Positions 11,988-23,640 of a DNA stretch of 64,000 nt are shown in pieces. The stretch's first letter is position 1; each line of letters begins with the position of its first letter. The stretch covers positions 12,253,047 to 12,317,046 of the forward strand of contig NC_068985.1 in NCBI RefSeq assembly GCF_001194135.2, written 5' to 3'. The notes under the pieces are model-generated. The model was not told where the DNA came from. It saw only the letters and a list, made by a program, of their open reading frames with translations, and ran no database searches. The position numbers and the translations under genes were made by a program. Source of the stretch: Octopus bimaculoides. Taxonomy: Eukaryota.

Positions 11988-12190
11988 TGACACACGAACC
12001 ATTATAACCTTCGAACAAGGGAAGCGGTTAACCTCCCCTGTTCGAAGGTTATAATGGACACAGGTTCATGCGTCACATAGCTAGCTAGAGGCGATGGCCT
12101 CTTGGAGCTAATCAACGGCAGCATTCGTCCTATTTTTTGGACTACCCTGTTGGCTTGACGATAACTATTAATATCCAGTACCGCTGCCAT
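11988..12190. repeat. Palindromic dispersed repeat with 59-nt hairpin core (11999-12057)
   Basis: CCATTATAACCTTCGAACA / TGTTCGAAGGTTATAATGG form 19 perfect bp. A second, one-armed copy lies in opposite orientation at 47645-47760. Confidence 0.75.
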
Positions 12191-12217
12191 AGTCTCCTTT
12201 AGAGAGACTTAGAAATA

Positions 12218-12253
<36 letters not shown>

Positions 12254-12982
12254 AGTAAATGCAAGGGCAGGCAAATTAGGCACGTCGATATACAAAATAT
12301 ATGGAATATATTTAATACAAAAAATTGTACATATGTATACATATAAAAAAGGTCCATCTTACACAGAATAGAATTGATAGCATGTATTAAAGGTGTTGGC
12401 CTTGTATAACTCTTATTCACCCACTTTACTTCCTGATACCATTTCTATTCTGTGTACATCTTTTGTATTAAATGTTATTACTTGCTTGTCCTTACGTTTG
12501 CTACTCTAGCAGCTCCAGTTCAGATCTCTTGAGCACTAAGGACTATATTCTATACACAGAACACCTGCTCTTTCTATAAACTACATATATATATGTCTGT
12601 GTGAATGTGTGTATGTATATATGTGTGTACGTATGCATGTATATCTACACTTGTTTAGTATTCATTGGAACGACAAATTAATTTCTGTTTCCATTCAATA
12701 ATTCTTACTAATCTTCTTTCAAGATATGCTCCAATTCTTTCAGCATTTCACTTTGCTTAGCTACAATCACTGTCTCTTTATGTGCATGCTTTCTATACAT
12801 CTGTGTCTCAGATTCTGTTATCTTTCAACATAACGACATATGTAACTAATCCTCCACTGAGTGTGTTATTTCCATTCTCCAGTTTCCAAGTCGAAATTCA
12901 TCCTTATTTTCTCCTTTTAAATTCACATAACCTGAAAGAAAAGCAAACCCGAAAGAAAGCAAAATGCAGCTGCGAAGACTTG

Positions 12983-13194
12983 TACTCTTTACTCTTTTAC
13001 TTATCTCCGTTATTTGACTGCGGCCATGCTGGAGCACCGCCTTTAGTCGAGCAAATCGAACCCAGGACTTATTCTTTGTAGGCCTAGTACTTATTCTATC
13101 GGTCTCGTTTTGCCGAACCGCTACGTTACTGGGACGTAAACACACCAGCATCGGTTGTCAAGTGATGTTGGGGATGGGGGCAAACAGAGACACA

Positions 13195-13228
<34 letters not shown>

Positions 13229-13248
13229 NNNNNNNNNNNNNNNNNNNN

Positions 13249-13293
<45 letters not shown>

Positions 13294-13457
13294 GACATAT
13301 ATACGACGGGCTTCTTTCAATTTCCGTCTACTAAATCCACTCACAAGGCTTTGGTCGGCCCGAGTCTATAGTAGAAGACACTTGCCCAAGGTACCACACA
13401 GTGGGACTGAACCCAGAACCATGTGGTTGGTAAGCAAACTACTTAGCACACAGCCAC
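12983..13457 (-). mobile_element. SINE family A, complete copy
   Basis: Head, B-box GGGTTCAGTCCC, CORE-like GGTACCTTGGGCAAGTGTCTTC, internal (TA)n[gap](TG)n, 3' body and GTAAAAGAGTAAAGAGTA tail. Confidence 0.9.
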
Positions 13458-14819
13458 AGCTGCGATTTATGAGTAGCATTGTACTTAAACTATGGGGAAA
13501 TGTGTCTGAGTGCGGATACCAGCCAGGCCACCGTGATAATTTCTTTAACAAAACACAGTATTTAACTGTAACGCACATCACTGAAATTAGGGGGTCGCAC
13601 TCCCATGAGCTGATGTTCCGTGTGTTTGTGTGTTTGTACTCTAGATAATGCACTTTTGGGATCAGGATTTCGCCCTGGCCTGGTGAGCGCGTAGGCTCGC
13701 GACTTTCTTATTAAATGTGTGGGTGTGAGAACACGTGCGGGCACAGTGGTATACACACTCACAGAAATATGTTTTCTTTCATAGGCATCTGTTCCTAAAC
13801 CGAAACTTATTCAATCCCCCATAAATTAAGAATCAACACAGTTTTAATTAGTTTGTAATCTCCTTGTCTTTAAAATCTAATTCCACCTTTTTATCGCATG
13901 CTCTTATTGATTCCATTCAATAGGGTTTGTAGCAAGTTCTATTTATATAACATTTAATATAGGAATCAAACTCAATTAACTTTTTAAGTCAGATAACTTT
14001 ACTGCTCTTTCCTTATTTCCTGTCGTGTTCACTGGTTTAGTATTCATGTTTGCTAACGAAGTAACCGGGCTTTTGTTGTTGTTTTGGGTTAGCTAAATTA
14101 TATTCGTCAGCAGAAAGGGAGAGCAAAGCGTAAAGAACAAACCAAATGAAATCTTGAAACGCAACAACTATACATTTGGTGTGATGCATGGGTGCGTATG
14201 TGTGTGTGTTGTGTTGTGTGTGTGTGTGTATATATATATGTAGCTGTAATTTATCCTTTGTACTGTCTTTGCAATACACCCAACAGCGTGTGTCCTGAAA
14301 CGTTAAAGAGGTTATACACATCTAATAAAATTTATGTAGGATACACATACATACACCATTGCTTGAAATATCCATATAAAGCTGATTCCAAAATCTGCAT
14401 CCCATCGACAGTTGGTTAGATGCGTCTAGATTGTTCCATATGTTTGTGTGTTCGTACTCTCGCTAATGCACTATTGGATTCAGGATTTCTTGCCGGCCTA
14501 GTGGGAGTGATACATAACGATATCTATTCTTCCTCGCGTATCCAAATATCGATTTTACGTAGTGAGAGAAGAATCGGTTGTGCTTACGTTCAAGTTTTAG
14601 ATCTTGCAGACGACGTCTTAGGGTTTCTGTAGATACAAAGAAACTACTCATCAAATACTGTGTCTCGGCAAATTAATGCTCTTGAGTTGTAAGAAATATA
14701 TTGCAATATTACATGAATCTCCTAGAATAACGATAAACATCTTTTCATTCAACAGAATGAACTATAAAATCGATTTAATTCTATTTCTCGGAAATGAATT
14801 TCATATAAAAATGGTGTAA

Positions 14820-15410
14820 AACGCCCTGCTATGATGAAATTGAAGCATTGACTCGCTTAATCACGGGATGGAAAGTTTTAGCACAGTAGAATGTTAATCA
14901 AGACATAGTAGACGAAGCTAATATCTATATTGGTTAATAAGTCAGCATCATAAAGTCAAATATGTTGACAAATTATATAACCACCACCCTAAGTCTGTAA
15001 ACAAGACAGAAATTGTAAGTGTTCTTTGGTATTTTCCGGTACATACAGAGATAACCATCAAAGCTAATAAAACGGATATAGTTGTAAAAGCCTAAAATGA
15101 TAAAGCCTGTTCATTGATCGACATGACTATTGATTGACATGTCTATTCCTTATGATCATAATATTCCTTGTGATCAAAAGATTTCGACATGCTTAGAAAA
15201 TATAAACATTTGCTCCTTAACATCGATAAAATGTAGTATCTCATGGTGGTTACAATATTAGTGATTATAATATCACTTGAAATGACCAAACAAGATGAAA
15301 ATTATTTGATAATGATCCCTGGTTTACCATCCCTACAAGAAGTGCAAAAAAATAGTTTTAACTGGTATGCCATACGTATTTACAAGATCAGTGTCGCTAT
15401 GAGAACAATT
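14820..15410 (+). mobile_element. Decayed 3' end of an RLE (R4/Dong-type) non-LTR retrotransposon, family A
   Basis: Degenerate translation: HHPKSV..VLWYFPVHTEITIKANKTDIVVK..LIDM.(duplicated)SIPYDHNI..KYKHLL..MIPGLPSLQEVQK. Colinear with the copies at 33023 and 36263. Confidence 0.8.
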
Positions 15411-15597
15411 ACTACCCAGTTAAATAACTTTTCATTTAGAGTTATATACCAACGTAATTTCATTTCATTTTGTAAGTGAACGATCTGGTATGCTTATTTT
15501 AATGACCTATCAATGTATAAAGTGAGTTTATTTGCCCTAGGTAAGAGAAGGCACTCGGCTAGAAACGGATACAAAACTGACAGAAGGAAATAAAAAA

Positions 15598-15607
15598 CTA
15601 CTACTAT

Positions 15608-15700
<93 letters not shown>

Positions 15701-15707
15701 GAGGAAC

Positions 15708-15741
<34 letters not shown>

Positions 15742-15901
15742 AGAAGAAGAAGAAGAAGAAGAAGAAGAAGAAGAAGAAGAAGAAGAAGAAGAAGAAGAAG
15801 AAGAAGAAGAAGAAGAAGAAGAAGAAGAAGAAGAAGAAGAAGAAGAAGAAGAAGAAGAAGAAGAAGAAGAAGAAGAAGAAGAAGAAGAAGAAGAAGAAGA
15901 A
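15598..15901 (+). repeat. Compound microsatellite (ACT)n(AAT)n(GAA)n
   Basis: Direct reading. Confidence 0.95.
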
Positions 15902-17415
15902 TGACGATGACGACGAAAATAATGTCGAATATAATGATGAAAAATTATTATCATTATTACTCAGACGTTCTTGAATGCTAATTAAATTACCAGGGATGTT
16001 GTCTTAACAAGAAAAAAAACTGAAACAACCTTCCTTGTAATTAAATTTGCAAATAACAGTTTTGAAGTCACAATAATCGCCTAAAATCTTGAGAATATTT
16101 CTTAGGAGTCTTGCAGAATATACGATGTTACTTTGCTACAGGCCGACAATGTATGCTTCAATTTCAATTTCTCTTCAGACAGTGATTCGGTTGTTGTAAC
16201 AAGTGCAACAATTACCACAGAGACAACTCTCACATTTGTTTTCTTATCTATATTCATATATGAAGTATTTAGCGATGTCAAACTTATTATACAAATTATA
16301 TTTTAAAGTTCATCGAGGTCTTACATTTTGTTCACGTTGCTTAAGGCGTAAGGTCATCTCTAACCGAAGAGACTTTACCATTACATTCCTACATTTTTGT
16401 ATATTTTGACTAAACAAGTAAAGTTATTATCTTACAATGATAGCCATACGTTGTGAGATTTTCTATGTGTTATATTTTCCAGTACATCAAGAGATCATAT
16501 AAAAACTATGCGCAAATGTTTTCGAGAAACGGACCATGTTAGACATTGTTCATCGGAGGACGTACTGCATTGTTTAAAAAAATCAAATGTAAATTTTCAC
16601 TAGTGATGCCAATCAGAAAATCTCGTGGACCGCAGTTTGCCCATGTCAGATGTAGGTCTGTTTCTATAGTTTTCCTTATGCAATTATCACCAGCCTAGAA
16701 TGCGTAAAAGTGGGTCAGGCGTTCAATCCCTCAAAATTCCTAGCAAATCAATTCGGACTTCCCACGTCTTCAATTCTTTCCCTCGTCTTGCATGTATACA
16801 TATATACATATTTTGTATCTGATGCATTTAATATATTTAATACATTAGATGTGTCTAATTTGTTTATTCACATAATTGGCTCTATACCCGCCCAATTTCA
16901 TGTCTCTTAAAACTTTTCTTTACCTTCTGGAACGATCCCCTGTAAAGATATTGCAATCTAAGTTTGAATGTTCTGAGCACACCAACGTGTCTTCTATACT
17001 GAAAACCCTTGATCTAATCTGTGAATTATCTTTTTCTCGGCCTCATATAGATAACACTCATGGATAAGCAATTCTCAGGCACGGCTTAAAAGAATATCCC
17101 AGTCCTACCTAGACGTCTCTACATGGAATTCTAACAACAGAAAACTAACGACTTCATCTCTACATCTTTCTTCTATCTCTTTAACTTCCTCTGTCGCTTG
17201 TACTCTTTGCAAGTAGGACCTATTATTATACAGACATATATATTTATACATAAAAAGTCATCACTTGACAGTTTCCACCTTTTCTTTCTCTCGTTCTGCA
17301 TGCATACTTCTATACATATTTTGTATTTGATGTATTTAATATATCTAAAATATTTTATGTGTCTAATTTGTTTATACGCATAATTGCCTCTTTATATATA
17401 CATACATCCATGCGT

Positions 17416-17736
17416 GAAGGCGCGTGGCTTAGTGGCTAGGCCATTCGGCTCACAATCGTAAGTTCGTGAGTTCGATTCCCGGCGATGCGTTGTGTCCTTG
17501 AGCAAGACAATTCATTTCATGTTCCTCCCGTCCACTCAGCTGGCAAAAATGAGTAGTACCTGTATTTCAAAGGGCCGGCCTTGTCACACTATGTGTCATG
17601 CTGAATCTCCATGAGAACTACATTAAGGATACACGTGTCTGAGGACTGCTCAGCCACTGGCACGTTAATTTCATGAGCAGGCTGTTCCGTTGATCGTATC
17701 AGCTGGGACCCTCGTCGTCGTCACCGACGGAGTGCC
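17416..17736 (+). mobile_element. tRNA-derived CORE-type SINE sharing the family C tail
   Basis: A-box TGGCTTAGTGG, B-box GAGTTCGATTCCC, CORE-like TGTGTCCTTGAGCAAGACA. 3' half shared with 45-432. Confidence 0.85.
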
Positions 17737-17814
17737 CCTTCCATATATATATATATACATGCATATCTTAAAAACAATTGGATCTTACTCACAAGGTATT
17801 GGAATCTTATACAC

Positions 17815-18163
17815 ATACACACACGCACACTTCAAGATCACCAGCTCTCTTCCACACGCACAGACGAACTCTCTTATACATACGCACGCGCACCTTCGTT
17901 TTGGCATAACCACTACATTATTATCTCATCTCTTCCTAGCTCACCTGTGTGACCCTTTTGTCCGGCATTCGCCATGATAGATCGCTGGCCACTACACATT
18001 CTTTTTTTCTATCCTTGTTTCTTTCTGTGTTCATTTCTGTGGAATAGCGTAGGCTGGAAACGTCAAAAACTTTTTCAATTCCCGAGCGTTAAACTAATAC
18101 ATATGTTTGTTGTCTACACCACCTGTCTTTGTCTTCTATTTGTTTTTTTTATGAATTCTCCCT
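17815..18163 (+). repeat. Family P copy 3 (long form)
   Basis: Colinear over ~340 bp with the reverse complement of 59437-59790. Hammerhead-like motif at ~18033-18070. Confidence 0.75.
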
Positions 18164-18816
18164 ATATATATAGGTTGTTCCGTTGCTTGGATCAACTGGA
18201 ACCCTCGTCGTCGTAACTGACGGATAAATACATACATATATGTATGTATAGATAGATGGATAGGTTTGTCTTAAGCTATTTTATTGCTCTGAAACATAAC
18301 TGTACAATTAATTATATTTGCACTAGGTATATATCTCAGAATGTTAAACTATACTTATTAAACATACGTCATATGGAATGTTGTAAGTGGGTGTACGTCT
18401 GTGTTGACAAGAGTGCTGTCTTAGATGTTTATTCATGTCCGGCGTATTAAATTATGCATTTACCCAGATTCAAGTCTTTATCCAAATTTTCGATAGATCA
18501 GTTAACACATTCTCGACCAAGACGCTAACTTCGAGTTATAAATGATCTTTAACATTGTTAGATATGCTGAAACATCCTGTACATTTGTTACCTTTAACGT
18601 ATAAAACTACTGACCAAGACCTAATATGCCCGTGAAAATATACTTCCGTACCATTTGTATATCAGTTAGTATTTTTTACATTCTATTTATTTTCTTGGGA
18701 GGAGTGGGCTGTTTCGGTCATGCTGGGGCATAACTGCTCTTTCTGGCAGGTAGTCGCCCTGGTGTGTCCTTATGTTTTATATATTATGTACACATAAATA
18801 TATATGTATATGTATG

Positions 18817-18859
<43 letters not shown>

Positions 18860-20129
18860 NNNNNNNNNNNNNNNNNNNNNNNNNNNNNNNNNNNNNNNNN
18901 NNNNNNNNNNNNNNNNNNNNNNNNNNNNNNNNNNNNNNNNNNNNNNNNNNNNNNNNNNNNNNNNNNNNNNNNNNNNNNNNNNNNNNNNNNNNNNNNNNNN
19001 NNNNNNNNNNNNNNNNNNNNNNNNNNNNNNNNNNNNNNNNNNNNNNNNNNNNNNNNNNNNNNNNNNNNNNNNNNNNNNNNNNNNNNNNNNNNNNNNNNNN
19101 NNNNNNNNNNNNNNNNNNNNNNNNNNNNNNNNNNNNNNNNNNNNNNNNNNNNNNNNNNNNNNNNNNNNNNNNNNNNNNNNNNNNNNNNNNNNNNNNNNNN
19201 NNNNNNNNNNNNNNNNNNNNNNNNNNNNNNNNNNNNNNNNNNNNNNNNNNNNNNNNNNNNNNNNNNNNNNNNNNNNNNNNNNNNNNNNNNNNNNNNNNNN
19301 NNNNNNNNNNNNNNNNNNNNNNNNNNNNNNNNNNNNNNNNNNNNNNNNNNNNNNNNNNNNNNNNNNNNNNNNNNNNNNNNNNNNNNNNNNNNNNNNNNNN
19401 GAAAAAAAAGTCGTCAGAATTTTGGAATGACTTCTTTCATTTATTTTATACTTATTTTAGCGCTTTCGTTCGTCTTTCGAACTTGTCAAATATAACTGTG
19501 AAAATACAGAGATCTAGCTTACTTATATAAAAACAGGTGTTTTGGGGGGTTTTGTTTATAACAGAACATTGTTTTGTCTTTTTGTTTTTTGGGGGTGAGG
19601 CTTTGGAGACAATGGAAGATGTATAAGCATATAGATGGATAGACAGGCAGATAGAGAGATAGATAGATAGACTGATAGTCAGACAGATAGAGAGATGTAT
19701 GTGGTAAAAGAGAGAGAGAAGGGCCATTATATTGTATTGGTCTTTTTAAGGAGCGTCAAAAAAATGTTAAAAGCTTGTTTACTACTTACTGTATTGTTTT
19801 GAGACAGATTTTAGGTATGGTAGAAGAAGAAAGAAAAAATAAAGAATAATGAATAGAAAATATAAAGAAAACAAAAAAAATATCTTCCTGTTTTTTCTTT
19901 TGCTTTTAGTTCTTTCATTTTATATTCTTTGTCCTTTCTTTTTATAGACTTTCGGTCCCTTTTAGAATATATTCCTGTCATATATTCATTTATTTATTTA
20001 TTTTTTGTAAAGTGTAGTTCTGCATGAGAGTATACTAGTATAATCTTTGTAAATTTGAAAAATTGAATTAGTAAAATCAATTTAGTAAAAATAACTATAT
20101 ATATCATATCAAACATATATACATATATA

Positions 20130-21602
20130 TACATACAAAACGTATTCCTTGTTTTTCTTTTTTCTCCTTCAAACATTTAACTTTGGGGAAAAAAATGTTT
20201 ATGAAGAGTAGTTCCATTGCCTTTCGGTATTGTGGATCGTCCCGTGTACATTTATAAATGGGAAAGATTTTGAACTTTCCGTCTCCGCATATTTCCAGAT
20301 GTTTACTTAATGGAATCATTCTTAGTTCTTCTTGTCGGATATGTTGTCTGTGAATTCTTGCACGTTGACAAAGTGAATTATTCGTTTCGCCAATGTAATT
20401 TTCTTTACAGTTTGGACAGGTGATGCAGTATATGAGATTTTGTGTTTTGCAGTTCATATCTGCTTTATTTTAAAAATAGATCCGTTCTTGAATTTTATGT
20501 GGGAACCACTTTCTATGTATTTGTAGTTGTTGGTATTGTTACACGTTCCACATCTCCTATCACCCCATTCTTTTACTATGAATTCTGGTTTAGTCACTGA
20601 TCTGAATTCTGCCCTTGTCAGGTGTTTTTTAAGGTTTTTTGGTTGGCGTCTGCTATTCCGTAAGGTGTTTTTTTCAATCAGAGTTTTCATCTTGGGGCTT
20701 TGAAGGAGTATAGGCAGGTTCGATTTTATGACGTGGAATATGTTAGTTATTCCAGGACTGTATGTGTTAATGAACGGAATCGTGTTTTCATTAACTTTTT
20801 CCTTTGGTGTCCGTAGTTGGGTGATATTCAGTTCCTTCACCTTTTTAATTCCTTCATTAATTAGGCCTAAGGGGTATTTTTGTATAGTAAGGAAGCCTTT
20901 CAGTTCGTTGAGCCTGGTTTCACGCGTTTTAGGCTCACTTACTATAGCACAGATGCGTCTGGCCATGCTGTATGGGATGTTTCTTTTGATGTGTGATGGG
21001 TGACAAGAGTAGAAGTTTAAATATTGGTGTGTATCGGTTTTTTGTAAAATATGTCCGTTGTGACTGTGCAGTTTTCTATTTTTATGTGGATATCCAGGAA
21101 TGGTGGTTCATTGCAACTGGATTCTTTTGTGAATTTGATGGAAGGGTGAAGTGCGTTTAGTATATTGTTAAATACATTTAGATCTTCAGTCGATTTTTCC
21201 CAAAAAATGAAACAGTCATCCAGAAAGCGTTTCCATTTCTTAATATGTTGTTTGTATTCTTGACCAAAGGTTTTTTCCACTTCCTCATAGAGCTTTTCTT
21301 CTAAGTATCCCATAACTAAGTTTGCATATGAGGGCGCAAATCGCATACCCATAGCCGTGCCCTTTAGCTGCCGATATGTTTTGTTGTCGAATTTAAAAGT
21401 ATTTTCCTCTAGCACTAGACGTGTGGCCTTGGTAATGAAGTCAGTTTTGAAGCGATCATTTATCCGTTCTCTATGTTTTTCAAACCAGTGTTTGATTGCT
21501 TCTAGGCCTAAACCGTGAAGTATATTCGTATAGAGATTAGTAACATCAAAACTTGCTAGTATAGTACCTTCTGCAACAGTGGGGGGAAAGTGTTGGATGA
21601 AA
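20130..21602 (-). mobile_element. 5'-truncated Penelope-like element: RT, thumb/linker and GIY-YIG endonuclease, split by small frameshifts
   Basis: ORF 21017..21679: LASFDVTNLYTNI, YRQLKGTAMG.RFAPSYANLVMG, WKRFLDDCF, PFLDI, DIFYK. After a frameshift: YLNFYSCHPSHIKRNIPYSMARRIC..YPLGLI. ORF 20104..20457: NLIYCITCPNCKENYIGET..RARIH (GIY-YIG). The 5' side runs into an N gap at 21603. Confidence 0.95.
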
Positions 21603-21612
21603 NNNNNNNNNN

Positions 21613-21649
<37 letters not shown>

Positions 21650-21681
21650 GTGTGTGTACGTATATATATCGAGACACATGT

Positions 21682-21842
21682 ACGTCAGGCTTCTTTCACT
21701 TTCCGTCTACCAAATTCACTCACAAATTTTCGTCCGCGCGAGGTTATAGTAAAAGACACCTGCCCAAGGACAACGCAGTGGAACTGAACCCAGAACCATG
21801 GGGTTGAGAAGCAAGCTTCTTACCAGACAACTATGCCTGCAC
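21682..21842 (-). mobile_element. SINE family A, 5' half only
   Basis: Head, B-box and CORE-like part followed by (TA)n. The expected 3' body is replaced, across an N gap, by the Penelope RT. Confidence 0.8.
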
Positions 21843-22262
21843 CGAGTATAGCAATGTTGTGTCCGGTGGAAGCAGAAAATATCTACATGAAATGCATATA
21901 TTCATCAAACTTATAATAAATGAATTTGAGAGTATAACACGTCATAATATAACAGATAATGAGTGATAAAATAAGTGTCAAGGATTGGCAATTAGGACTC
22001 TATAATTCCCATGTTCACCAGTTCTATATATCCGACTGACTGACTGTCTTATAATTTCTCTATTTCCATTCCAGATCTCTATTTTCCATAAAGGCCTCAT
22101 AAGCTTATACTCCTGGAGATCAGTGATGTTGTTAGAACAGTAACGCGGATTGCCTCAAGGCAGTGATTTGTGTGTTGTACAATTCGTTTTTTATACATGT
22201 AAAATACAAGATTCTCAGCTCTTGAATTATTTAGGCACATTCACGGTTATATAATGCAGACA

Positions 22263-22690
22263 AGGCGGCGAGCTGGCAGAAAATTTAGCACGCCGGGCGA
22301 AATACTTAGCGGTATTTCGCCCGTCGTTACGTTCTGAGTTCAAATTCCGCCGAGCTCGACTTTGCCTATCATCCGTTCGGGGTCGATAAATTAAGTACCA
22401 GTTACGCACTGGGATCCATGTAATCGACTTTAACCCTTTGTATGTCCTTGTTTGTCCCCTCTATGTTTAGCCCCTTGTGGGCATTAAAGAAATAAAGAAC
22501 GTTAGCACGCCAGGCGAGATGCTTAGCGATATTTCGTCTGTCTTTACGTCCTGAGTTCAAATTCCGTCAAGTCGATTTTGCTTTTCATCCTTTCCGGGTC
22601 GATAAATTAAGTGCCAGTTGCGTACCGGGGTCAATCTAATCGACCGGCCCCGTCCCCCAAAATTTTGGACCTTGTGCCTAGAGTAGAAAG
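22263..22690 (+). mobile_element. tRNA-derived SINE family D, head-to-tail dimer
   Basis: GGCGGCGAGCTGGCAGAA..TTAGCACGCCGGGCG..GAGTTCAAATTCC..GTCGATAAATTAAGTACCAGTT occurs twice (from 22263 and ~22497), with different 3' tails. Confidence 0.85.
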
Positions 22691-22703
22691 GGTTATATAA
22701 TGG

Positions 22704-22744
<41 letters not shown>

Positions 22745-23553
22745 TGTATACAAATATATATATGTGTGTGTGAGTGAGTGTGTGTGTGTGTATGTGTGTG
22801 TGTGTATGTGTGTGTGTGAATATTCATATATATTACTTCGGAGTCACTGTTAACCTTGTCCTTTTAAATAAATGATATCTTCTAAACTATATTGGTCAAT
22901 TCTTCAGTTTAAGGGCAAATATTTTTATACATACATGCCAAACATACATTCATATACATACGTGAATATAATATACTTACGCACACATGCACACACGCAC
23001 ATATACTAGAGCGAGTGAAAGAGAGAGAAATAGACAGAGACAATGAGACAGAGACAGAGATAAGAGAGAGAAATTTCTCTGGGCGTGTGAAGAAATCTTC
23101 AATATATATTTCAATGTTTTAGTATAGAAACGAATAGATTTAGTAGAATCTAAATTTACTTATAAATATTTCGCCCTTTTAAATATCGTCAACAAGCGTT
23201 TGGCTTGACACCATCGCCAGTCCCATGCGTACATGCCGCTTGATTCTTAGCTCTTCCTATTTTTGTAGGCGTGGAATCGTGTATATGTAGACAAGCTATG
23301 GCAACATTAATCTGTCTATGTAATTCTAGGCCTTTCTGTATGTATGATTACAAGCACATATTTCTGGTGCGATTATGTAACTGTCGACAATGAAATACAA
23401 CACTGAAAATGTGACAGCTATAATTCAGCTTCTTTCAGGATCAAAAGCCATAGACGGAATCTACATTCTAAAGTTGCATTCTCAAAATAAACGCATGATC
23501 TGAGTGCTTCTTTGCGCATATCACTAAACTATTGTACCGGCACTATATGTATG

Positions 23554-23640
<87 letters not shown>

